A DNA stretch of 64,000 nucleotides from the human T2T-CHM13v2.0 reference genome, Homo sapiens, in NCBI RefSeq assembly GCF_009914755.1, contig NC_060939.1. One strand, written 5' to 3'. Positions 17,451 to 30,289 of the stretch are shown one piece after another. The notes below the pieces were generated by a model that was given only the letters and a program-made list of their open reading frames with translations, did not search any database and was not told the origin of the DNA. The position numbers and the translations under genes were made by a program. The number at the start of each line of letters is the position of its first letter. The first letter of the stretch is position 1.

Positions 17451-18859
17451 ACCAACTCCCTAGGTCACACCTCATTATGAATGACAAAAGATTTCAAATG
17501 TCTGATAGGCTTCATTTATTTATTCCAAATGTTTGGTAGTCATCAAAATGCAATGATCAGCATGCATAAGACACAGACCCCTATGAGAAAGAAAGGTTCA
17601 GTTACTCATAGACGAAAAAGAAGAGCTGTCACCCATATTAGATTCTGAAAAGTCAGTTGATGAATTCAGATGGTATTACTTGTGAAAATCAAGAAGTCTG
17701 CAGTCCCAAACATGAGCCTTTCTTTCCAAGAGATGTGACACCCTAGGAGAACTCTACACCTGCTATTGACACTTCTCAATTTCTTTTGTTCCTGCATGCA
17801 TTTCATTAAAAGAACACTACCCTCCTCATTAACATCTACTCCATTCTTCATTTAAATGAAGACCAAATCTACAAGATACTTTCATTTGGCAAGTAGTCCA
17901 AGAAGCAACAGCTATCTTTTGGAACTCATTTTATTTACCATTATCCAAGGAAATATAAACAGAATATTTTATCTTTGGAAAAACCAAATGTTGGAGTCAA
18001 AGACAGACACCAGTCCTAATTTGTCAACTGCAACTCCAACTGCAACCTACCAGATTTAACTTATTTACATGTAGTTAATTCTTTTAACTACATGTAAATA
18101 AGCAGATTTGCCCCATCATGTCAAACTAAAGACAACATACCATAAGATCCTAGAGCCCAGCACGGGCTCAAGCAAGAGGCCATCCACAACAGGACCATGC
18201 ATGTAAGATCCATTTTTTTAAGAGATGTAACATAAGCTTTACAACCTTCCTGAGGGGAAAGGCAAAAAGCATTCTCATTTTGCTCTCTATACCGTACGTT
18301 CTAATATTAAACACAAGCCTCTCTTACTAAAGAGCGTATTATATAAGGTATTATTGTCTTCCATCTCTGAAGTTCATTATATGCTTTCTTATCAGTGCCC
18401 CAGCATTGATGTATGATCATAACTTATGCATGAAACATACTGTCAGTGAAAAGTAATGTGCTCAATAAACACCCTTACCTCCCAAATGGAGCAACCTAGA
18501 GCCAAGCACAGACACACACCCTGGACCTTACCCCTGAAGTGCCTTCCATGTAAGCAGTTTTCCAACCCCAACTGGGTCAGGGAAACGCTTCCTTTCTGCT
18601 GAGTCATCCCCCAGCGTGCTTTGTAATAAGAGCATTAGCGCATTTCCTACCTTTAAACTGCTAATAGCAATTCATATGCAAACTCTGAATATGGCCCAGG
18701 GCTCTCCAGAAGCAATCAGTAAAGGACAGCCTGCTAACATGTGATAGTGTGGGTGTCCTCACTGAGATTTTCTCTGTAGAGCTCAGCCTCTTATGATATC
18801 ACTTTGGTATCAATTGTGTCCCCACACAATGGGCATCTGGAAACCTCCGACTGAATTCC

Positions 18860-18960
18860 TGAGGATTAAGTGACTTGCCTGAGGCTAGACGTTCCCAGGG
18901 ACTTGGAAACAGAACCCATAGCTCCCAATGCTGTAAGGCTTTTTTTAAACACACTACATG
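18860..18960 (-). mobile_element. MIR fragment
   Basis: ttaagtgacttgcctgagg...gaaccca matches the reverse MIR core. Confidence 0.55.
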
Positions 18961-20699
18961 GACCCCTGGGATTCAGCTCCTCCTGCCTGAGAACCTGGCC
19001 AGGGACTAGATGCACTGTGTTCATTCAGCACTCACTGAAGGCAAAGCAGCTTCTAGACCCTGAAGTAGGGGGAAGGAGGACTAATTAACATAAATTTAGT
19101 CAAAAGATGTCTAAAAGCTGCATTTTCCAAACCTCTAACCCTAGCTCACTCTAGCCTGAATCTGCCTCTCCTCTTTGCCCCTCTTCTAAAAAGAAGAAAA
19201 ACATAAAATAATAGTGCAAATGTGTGTGTGTGTGATTTTTGTACATGGGTATGACTGTATCCATTTAGTAGTGATACAGCTACAAAGCTGCTTCTTGAAA
19301 TGTGCTAAAATTATGTTCATATGCACACTTATTTCACACCTACACATTAAAAAAATGGATTTTATAAGAAAATGCAACAAGTGAGAAGTGCACACAAAAC
19401 AGCTAGCATAATGGATGAGTATGTCTCATGATAACTAAAAATACACATTGTATGTTACCCAAAAGGAACTCTAATTTTTAAAAACAAAAAACAATAATTT
19501 ATTATTTATACACATGAAATGAGAAAAAAAAAGTCCTGTAGTTACACTTTCATTAGGATTGAGTTAATTTTAATGGATTAATTAAGTATGAAGTAATAGC
19601 GAAGTGCAAGTTAAATCACAGGAATTATCATTACTATCACTAGAGTCTGAATCTAGTTTTATGTCCCTAATACCAGATAGTTAATGAAGTAAAAAGTAAG
19701 TACATGTAACTTCTCCAAATTAACAGATCAAACAATGGCTCATTTTAATAAATTTTTTAAAACTCATATTTTAAAATACTGTTTTTAAATTAAAAATCCC
19801 TAATTGTTTTGTTTTTCAATATTTTATGTTTCCTATACTTGCAAAGTTTTTCCCATGTGTTGATCTCTTCATCTATCTACTCAACACATTTATTGTTCCC
19901 TAGAACCACTGGTAAGCACCAAAATTATAACACACACAGTAATTTTCAGCAGACAGTGTTATTGGACATACGCAATCTCACTTATAGAAATATACAAACT
20001 AAATCTCAATAATTATCTAGCCGTGTATAATTTTTATAGATTATCTAAAATTTTAAACAGGGGCTAAGAGAAACAAGAGGGAAGTTACACAAAACAAAAT
20101 TTTCTTTGACAAGTATCAGGTCAACTAATTTTTAAAAAAAAAGAATGTACGAAAAGAAACATTAAAAGATTTAGAAAAAAATTGGAAATGCATAACTCCA
20201 CTATCCATGAAGCAAGCTATGGCAAAACCAATGCTAAATATTAAAACATTCAAATCCCTTCCTAGATTGTTTCCACAAAACACCAAAATGAATGATGAGA
20301 TATGCATTTACATGCTTAACTGATCTATATATGTGTTTATTTGAGATCAGAGACATTTTTTGGAGGCATCATCTACACAGGCTACCAGTAGATAAGGACT
20401 GGAGTCTACAATTGTTTAAAGCAAAAAGCAACAACAGCATCATTGTTGTGTATTATCTGTTACTGTTCTCTGCAATCACACTAAAAAAACTCTTGAACAA
20501 ATGCATACACATCTCTCCCCATTTTGAGATACGTGTGTTTTTCAAAGTCCTTGTTTTGAACTTTGGTGAATTTGTATTTATTTCACTACATACACGTTTT
20601 CAAAAATGCATCTATCAAAACCTGAGGAGAAAATTTCAAGAAAGAATCTTCCAAGATCAGTTATCCCTCATTCATTCTACCTCACCATCGCTAATCCTC

Positions 20700-21295
20700 T
20701 ATCTAAATTAACTTTTTGGCCAAAATAGTCATCTTACGCCACATCTCAAATCATGTCAATTACCTGCTTTAAAACCTTTACCATTTATAGGCTCCTTATT
20801 TCCTGAAATTATCATGTGAAGCCCTTGGCCTCCTGCAGAACGGCCTAGGTGCACAGGGGTTTGTCTTGCTTTTCCAACTTCGTCTCTGGAATCTCCCCTT
20901 CTAAATCTCTGATCCTGCTCATCCACCCATTCGTAACTCTGCCATTTTCTTTCCTAACCCAGAATATCCTCTTTCAAGTAAGCCAGTCAGAATTCTATTC
21001 ATACCCCTCACACAATTTAAATATAATTTATTTCATGAAAGTTTCCACATCAAATACCTCCTTCCTCCCAGCCAGCTTCTCTCGTCCCTCCTCCTCCCTC
21101 CCTCTCTGTTCTGTGTGCCTCTGTCACTTGTTCCTCTAATGGGACTTGCCACATCCTACCTGTGAACAACCGTTTGTCATATCTGCTCTAAGAGTTACAA
21201 CACACTTAAAGTGAGACCATTTATTATTGAATTTCATAACTTACCACACTTAGTTTTGTGTGACCAGTAAGGTGATTAATAAAGCTCATGAATAG
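20700..21295 (+). mobile_element. L2 fragment
   Basis: atcatgtcaattacctgctttaaaaccttt and a 3' end resembling gtaaggtg..aataaa..tgaat. Confidence 0.6.
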
Positions 21296-23148
21296 ATTTT
21301 ACTGTTCTCAAACATTGACTGAGTGGCAGCTCTAATCCTATGCTTATATATTTTCTGTTCTTCCCCTCTAAAACGTGAGTCCCTAAATATTTAACCATTG
21401 CTCTATTTGAGGCTCCTTTAGGAACAGGTGAAATACCATAGCTATTATCATGCACAAATATTTTAAGGAAAATCAGATTTTTCTAAAACATGACGTGACC
21501 AATCTGCTTGTGGGAGGAAGACATTTTAAATGGCTGACATTCACATCTGCCCAATAGCCTTCAGTCTCCAATCCTACTGGGATCCTCAATATTTGTTTAT
21601 AATAGGTGTGTGTTTACAGAGCCAGAAAAATTACTGTCATAAGAATGCAAAAAAAATGCGTACAAGTATATTTTGGCATGCTATGCATACCTGTTGGCTA
21701 TGGAATATACACTTAAAGATTGTTCAATACAATGGCCTGTATCTTCCATTTGTCTTTCTCTTACTGGGTTCAGAGAAAATTGAGACACTTCAAATCATAG
21801 ACTACAAATTAGGCAAACACTGATGAAGTTTTTAAACGTACCAACTATCAGCATGATGCCAGAACAACTGGAAAACTAAGTTTAAAAAATAATTCAAACA
21901 AATATGTGATGGTGTGCAACAGCACACTCTCCTCACTCCCCGAATTATTTTACTATTGTGTAGAGTTCTTAAAGGGCCAAATCAATACATTTTCTCTTCC
22001 ACCTGCCATCCTCTGACATAATTATTTTTGACATAATAATCCACTAAATAATCAATTAACTTCTGTACTAAATTGTCTTCTCTAGAGAATGTGAAGTCCC
22101 CAGTTGAGAAAATCACAGATCACACAGTGTGGATCTTAAATGTATTAACTTGTTTCCTTATAAACATAAAACAAACATTTTGAGTAAAATTATTTTTATA
22201 GTATTACATAAAAAGTAAAATAGACATGTTAATTTTTACTGTAAGGTAATTTATGCAGTCACATTCCTTCTGTGTTCCTTGCTAACACTTTTACTGATAC
22301 AATATTTGACTTACAAATGTCCTAAGTGATATACTTTGGAAAAAAGTACATTTTTAAATACATGGGATTGTAAATTTAAAAGCTTTAGATTAACAGTGAA
22401 AAATTAATGAGAACAGCTTGGCGTGGTCAAAAGTTTCTTCCTATAAGATCCTTAGTGGTAGGTATTTTAAAAGTATCTCACTAACGTCTATTTTTAAAAA
22501 TAGTTTTACTTTATTTGTATATATTCATATATCTGTGACTTACTGCAAAGTTTCTCAAAATATTGTCCACAAAATACCCGCTTCAAAATATTTGAAGAAG
22601 TAGTTTTAAATGCAGGGACCCCAAGACTCCAGCCTATCTTGATCAGAATCCCTTGGAGTGAGGAACTAGCAGGCACGCATTTAAAGCAAGTTTGCCCACG
22701 TGATTCCGACGTACACGAGAGTTAAGAAGCCTACAGAGTGGATCTAAAACCATGTCTCACTGTATTCTCAATGTTGTATGTCCGAAAGAAAAGTTGCCAA
22801 ACAATTTCTTCCAAAAAACAAATATTGTTTACAAATGCTCCTTCCAGAGTGTCCCTCCGCAGAAAACTAAACTAGTTTTCAAATCCCACGGCGTTTCAGC
22901 TCAATTAACAAATGAAAGGGCCATCCTTCTCCTGATTCCCTGGCGTCCTAAAGCACTCCTGGCAAAAGCCCGCTTCGCACCTCGGGGTACTGACCTCCGC
23001 TTCCCACAGGTCAGAATATTGAATCCAGTCTGCATTCACAGAAGACCTAAGTGACACTGTGTCACCAGCCTCCGACTCTCCCGGTAGAGCGGCTCCTCTG
23101 AGAGCCCGCCTAGGCGCGGCCTCCCGCTCTCTGAAGCAGCGGAAGCCT

Positions 23149-23169
23149 GTCAGCACCTCGGACAGAGAC
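23149..23169 (+). promoter_or_regulatory. RE1/NRSE (REST-binding site)
   Basis: GTCAGCACCTCGGACAGAGAC versus consensus TTCAGCACCACGGACAGCGCC: 17/21, both cores (TCAGCACC and GGACAG) intact with canonical 2-nt spacer. Confidence 0.85.
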
Positions 23170-23699
23170 TGGCGGTGCCGGGCCCGGGTCTCCCAGTCCA
23201 GGAGGCAGCCTTGGAAAAACCGCAGAGACACCCCTGGAACGCACAGACCACTGTCTTCGTTCCCCTTTCCTGCAGCCAGAATCTCTTTCCAAACGACAAC
23301 AAAGGAAACCTTAAGTACCTCTTACCTAGAATATAGGAGCCACCCCCACATCTCGCCTCTCCCGGTTCCCCAGCGCCTGTTGCTAAGGAGGCGAGACAGC
23401 GCTCGGGAAACCTCGGGACCAGGCGACAGAGCGCTGGAGGAGCTGGGAGCCCACGGGCAGCGGCAGATGGGAGCACTAGGCCGGCCAGGACTCCCCCGCA
23501 GGAAGGGTGCGCCCTCGCGGCTCCGACGCCAGCCAGGCCCCCGAGCGCCCGGGGCGGGTGCAGGGAGCCGGGCAAGCGAGGGGCCGGCGCCTGGGAGCGC
23601 GGCTCCCTCTGCGGACCGGGGAAACTCGGCCCCGGCCGAAGAGGCCTCCGGCCCAGCACTGTGGACGCCTGTGATCCCAGACAGCGGGCCGGGGGCTCA

Positions 23700-24143
<444 letters not shown>

Positions 24144-24208
24144 TCAGCCGCCAGCGCCCCGCGCACCCCGCGCCCTGCCCGCCGCCCGCCGGCCCACCCG
24201 CGACCCTA

Positions 24209-24817
<609 letters not shown>

Positions 24818-24967
24818 CTACCCCGGCCGCCGAAGTTGGCCCCGCACGACGACCACCGCCCGCTGCAGCGCAGCCCGAGAGCCCCCGGGTGCCGCGCCTC
24901 TGCCCGCCGGACTGCGGGCCGCCGCCTCCCGACGGTGCCTGCAGAACGCCGGGAAGCCCCCGCCTCA

Positions 24968-25135
<168 letters not shown>

Positions 25136-25208
25136 CTACCCCCACCCCCACCCCCAGGCTTTCCCGCCTGACCCGTCTTCCAGCCCCTGCCGTGGCGGCC
25201 CTATTTTT

Positions 25209-25216
25209 CATTTATA
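25209..25216 (-). promoter_or_regulatory. Candidate TATA box upstream of exon 1a
   Basis: Minus strand TATAAATG fits TATAWAWR; about 160 nt upstream of the exon 1a ATG at the island edge. Confidence 0.4.
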
Positions 25217-26419
25217 AAATTGGACCTTTTTTTTTTAACAGCTGCTCCTTAAACTGCACCTCTTACCCTCACTCCTGAACATTTCTTGGGAGCACTGAGC
25301 CCTTTCTGCTCACATATATACAAATGTAATGGATGGTTAAGTGAGGACTGAATATGTGTTTTGTTATCAGCAAACTGGAATCCCAGCCAGACTTGGAGAC
25401 TGGATTGTCATTCCAGGTAAAATACGTGCCTTTTTTGGTGCCGCCCAGAGCTATCCGTGGTCCTTAATATAAGGCAAGGGTCCTTGCTTCCCTGCAGCAG
25501 GCCTCCTTCGGCTGTCATTAGAAGGCTACTGGCGCACTGGTGCAAGGACCCTGGTGTACCAGTGCACACCGGATGCACCCCGCCCTCTAGACCACCACCG
25601 CACACCTGAGGGGCCACTCACCTACGGCCACAGGTTTTATATTTTAGTGAGTGATCCCCAATAAAGTTTATCTGTACCTCGGACTTCTAATATTGAAGAA
25701 GATGGTTACACAATCCTACTTGTAGCCAACTAACAAAATCTACACATCAAGCTCGTTTTTGTGTTCTGTAGACTTCTTCAGATTATTCCAGGACTTAATG
25801 AATGGTTAATAATAGATAACTACTTTCCTGTATTGACTCATTTTTTTTCCCATGAAGCTTAAGCTTTTAACATCGTTGAGACTTTATATTAGTAAATACC
25901 TAAATCTAGATCCTAAATCTCACGTTGGCATGTTTCTGTGCATTAATTTTAAATATACTGCCTTTTTAAAAAATCAGCTATTTTATTTTTGGAACAGAAA
26001 ATGTGACCGCAGTACCTGAAAGATTCAGAGATAAATATAGCATCCTAATTATTTTCTGGAAAAGTCTATTCACCACTGCTTTGCATTCAATGTTCTGTTA
26101 ATGCACAATGGAATTATCTGGAAAATTATATCTGTTGTATCACACACACATTCATATTTCAGTTTATTTCTCCTATTTGCATGCAGTTCTTTTGGAGAAA
26201 TGCCCTGCTGGGGATCGTGGCTATAAAAAGTAAACAATGAAAAGAAGTTGTTTTAATAAAACCAACAACATAGCAAGAATTAGCCCCCTTACTACCAGTT
26301 TATATGTTCTAAGACTTGCAAAGCCACATTACAAACATTATTATCCAACCGTGCATCACATCAGACCTTCTTGGCTTCACCTTCTCTGGAGCTTTTGGCT
26401 TTATCACCCCAGCTGCTGC

Positions 26420-26892
26420 CTCAGCACCCAGTTCTGCAAGAGGTCTGATCAGCTTTACATGGGAACAAGCCCACATGGGATATGCTCACCTCATATCCGC
26501 AAGGTCTGAGATGCCACGGGATTTGCTCAGTACTCACATATATGCAATCTGAAATTTCAGGCAAGTTAGAAGTCTATGAGGCAGACTTTTGTCTAATGGA
26601 CACATATCCATGGATCAAAGAGTCTCCCTTTATTGCCTCCTAAGAAATGTCCTGAGATGCAGTCGCTGTTGGCCTCTCAAAGATGATCCTGTGAGATGGA
26701 TCCATCTTTTGTACTTCATACTCAGCAGTGGGTGGTCTGCCTGGTAATGAACCCTCCTATCTGCTCCCTCTCTTTCCATGCCACAATTCCCTTTTCCTTT
26801 GCTCCTGTTTTCATTGGAATCAAACATCCTAGTAACATATCACCACCTAAATTTTGCCTCAGGATATGTTTTCTGGGGAACCTAGGCTGAGT
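26420..26892 (+). mobile_element. Ancient ERVL-type solo LTR (LTR16/LTR33-like)
   Basis: 3' end cctcaggatatgttttctggggaacctaggctgag resembles this family's terminus; heavily diverged. Confidence 0.45.
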
Positions 26893-28353
26893 TGTAAATT
26901 AGTCGGCAAGTCACTAGAAGTGTCACCTAAAAACACAGTCTCTTTCAAAAGGCAAAATCAGAGAGAAAGACTACAAAGGTGTGATCAGGATGCATGGGCT
27001 ATAAGGTCCTTACACACCCACACACTACTGCACATCACAGTCGCTGCCCAACTTGCTCCTACATCCGCAACAAAGGGTGGACATGCAGCCTGCCGCCCTT
27101 CCTCCTTTCTCAGCTCCCTCCAACATAGGCAGCCATCTGGGAGGGGTGGAGAAGCACTGAACACCAGCACCCACATCCTTGCGCTCTCTTGCTTAGATAG
27201 TAATTATGTATTAGCCAAATCAGCAGAAAATTATTAATTCAGTTCTTACTTGCATTCATTTTAGACTGGAAGAAAAAAAGGCTCCAGGAGTCCCACAGAG
27301 GGTAATTTTTCATGGCAGAAGGAAAAGGAGATGAATGGCATTTTGTTCATAGGAAGGTGGTTTTAAATGGTCTAGAAGAATATTTGGAGACTCTCAAGGT
27401 AAAAAGAAGGAAGGGAAGCAGATAGCTGGGAGGCATCAGGTGATCACGTTACCTTATCCATGTTTGTGCATTTTCATTGACCCAAATGCCTTTTACCCGA
27501 ACTATTTTGTTCAGTCACTCTTCTTTCTTTTAGAAAACTTGTTTTTTTAAACAGTATCAAAATTTTCTGGCACTACATTTTAATGCTCTTCAAAAAAACA
27601 ACTCATAGCACATGAAATAAAATGTTGCATGTATAGTTAGCTGAGTCTCAACAAATGTATAAACTAGTGTACATTTTCATCATTCCCAAAGTTCTCTTGT
27701 GACCCTTTGACCCATCTGCAACTGAGGGTTCCAGACAAGCTCTGACCCACATAGATTGTGTCATTACACTTGTTACTTTTTTTTTCTTGCCTGTTCTAGG
27801 CATTCTATAAAAGTAGAATGATGTACTATACGTTGTTTCATGTCTGGCGTCTTTCACTGGGTGTAATGTTTCTGAGATCTATTCATGTTGTTGCAGATCC
27901 ATAGTTTGTTCCTTTGTATTGCCAAATAGTATTCCATTCACCTGTTGATGGGTCTTTCTAATTTTAGTGATTATGAATAAAGATTCATATACAGGTCTTT
28001 ATATGGACATGAGGTTTCATTTCTCTTGGACAAATACCTAGGAGTAAAATGGCTAAATCATGTGATGAGTGTATGTTTAGTTTTATAAGGAACTGCCAAA
28101 ATATTCCAAAGCACTTGGAGGATTTTGCATCTCACCCGCAATGCAAGAGAAATGCAGCTGCTCCACATCCTCTCGGTTCATCTTGTTGGGTGTATAGTGG
28201 CAACCCATTGTGGTCTTAATTTGCATTTGCCTGGTGATATGTAAGTAAGCCTATTTCATTTACATATTGGCCACTCACATTTTCTTTGCGAAGATACAAG
28301 ATTTCTGCCCATTTTAATTGCATTCTCCATCTTTTTTATGGCGATGTGAGAGG

Positions 28354-28664
28354 TTTTTTTTTTGTTTTTTTGTTTTTTTTTTTGAGATGGAGTCTCACAC
28401 TGTCGCCCTGGGTGGGGAGCAGTGGCTCGATCTCAGCTCCCTGCAACTTCCACCTCCTGGGTTCAAGTGATTCTCCTGCCTCAGCCTCCCAAGTAGCTAG
28501 GATTACAGGCACCCACCACCAAGCCTGGCTAATTTTTCATATTTTTAGTAGAGACGGGGTTTCACTATGCTGGCCAGGCTGGTCTTGAACTCCTGAACTT
28601 GTGATCCGCCTGCCTTGGCCTCCCAAAGTGCTGGGATTACAGGCGTGAGCCACCATGCCCAGCT
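28354..28664 (-). mobile_element. Alu (S-type)
   Basis: Reverse Alu consensus. Confidence 0.95.
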
Positions 28665-28982
28665 AGAGTTCTTTATATATTCTGGATATAAATCCTTTGT
28701 CAGATATATGTAATGTAAATGTTTTCTCCCAGTCTGCGGCCTTGCTGTTTTCTTTCTTTACTAGTATCTTTCAAAGAAAAGAAGAATTTAATTTAGATGA
28801 AATGCAATTTATCCATTTTTTTTCTTTTAAGGTTCACACTTTTGATATTCTACTTTAGAAATCATTGCCTAATTAAAAGTTAAGATTTTCTGCATGTTAT
28901 CTAAAAGTTAGCATTAATATTTAGACTTGTTACTTGTTAATTTTTGTGGATGATGTAAGGATCAAGGTTCTTCCAAATGAAG

Positions 28983-29391
28983 TGTATTAGTTCTCACACT
29001 GCTATAAAGAAATACCTGAGACTGGGTAATTTGTAAAGAAAAAATGGTTAATTGGTTCACAGTTCTGCGGACTGTGTGGAAAGCATAGCAGCTTCTGTTT
29101 CTGGGGAGGCCTCAGGAAACATAATCACGGCGGAAGGCAAAGGGGAAGCAGACATGTCACATGGCCAGAGCAGGAGGAAGAGAGAGAGGAGGGGAGGTGC
29201 TACACACTTTTAAACAATCAGATCTCACGATAACTCACTCACTATTGTCACGACACCACCAAGGGTGATGGTGTTAAACCAGGAGAAACCTCCCCCATGA
29301 TCCAATCACCTCCCACCAGGCCCCACCTCCAACACTGGGGATTATAATTTAACATGAGATTTAGGCAGGGACATAGATTCAAACCATATCA
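28983..29391 (-). mobile_element. MaLR solo LTR (MSTA-like)
   Basis: TG...CA termini (tgtattag...aaaccatatca); 409 bp; 5-bp TSD tgaag/tgaac. Confidence 0.88.
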
Positions 29392-30289
29392 TGAACCACG
29401 ATTTGTTGGAAATATTCTTTCCTTCAATCTGGTTACCTTTATATTTTTGTTGAGAATCAATTGATCTTATATGTGTGGCTGTGTTTTTTTACTCTATTTA
29501 CCCTTTTCCATTAATGTATCTATATATCTTTATACTAATCCATACTGTTTTGATTAATGTAGCTATAAAGTTAATATTGAAATAATGTAGCATATTCCAT
29601 CCAATTTTGTTCTCCAAAATTATTTTAACTATGTGATGTCTTTGCATTTTCATAAATATTTTAGAATGATCTTTTCAATTTCTATAAAGAAGCCTGATGG
29701 GAGTTTTAATTTGTATTACATAAACTGTGTAGATGAATCTAGGGAAAATTGACATCTTAACATATTTCATATTTTATGCTATTATAAGTGATTTTAAAAT
29801 ATCTAATTGCCAATTGCATACTGCTAGTACATATAAATATGATTAACTTTTCTATATTATCATTACATTCTACAACCTTACTCAATGTACTTATTATTTT
29901 AATAGACTTTTTTGTAGATTCCTTAGGATTATATCCAAGAGATAATTACGTCATCTGTGAATATAGACAGTTTATTTCTTCTTCTCCTATATGTAGATAT
30001 TTTAAATTTCTTTTTCTTGCCTTACAGTACTGGCTGGGGTTTCCAGTACAATGTGGAAAGGAAGTGGTAAGAGTGGACACCCTTGCCTTGTTCCAATGTT
30101 AGGGGAAAATATTCAGATTTTGTCGTTGCTGTTGTTCGGGATTTTTGTTTTTTGTTCGTTTGTTTACCATTAAGTATGGTGTTGACATCTTCTTATTTTT
30201 CTTCTGTTCTCCCTCCCCTCCCCTCTCTTCCTTTTCTTTCATCTCCTGGGAAAGTTTAGTCCTAAGAGTAGAGAAGTACATGGTGTGCA

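Larger units (their letters stand above)
27580..30110 (-). mobile_element. Old L1 (L1M) 3'UTR/ORF2, interrupted by an Alu and an MSTA LTR
   Basis: Antisense L1 motifs such as gagatctattcatgttgttgca, ttctggatataaatcctttgtcagatat, gtggacacccttgccttgttcc. Confidence 0.8.

Noticed and set aside
23652-23672. Second RE1-like sequence CCCAGCACTGTGGACGCCTGT
   Set aside because: Only about 11/21 match to consensus, with both cores damaged.
25581-25593. Possible CTCF site CGCCCTCTAGACC
   Set aside because: It matches only part of the core and lacks the conserved terminal TGG.
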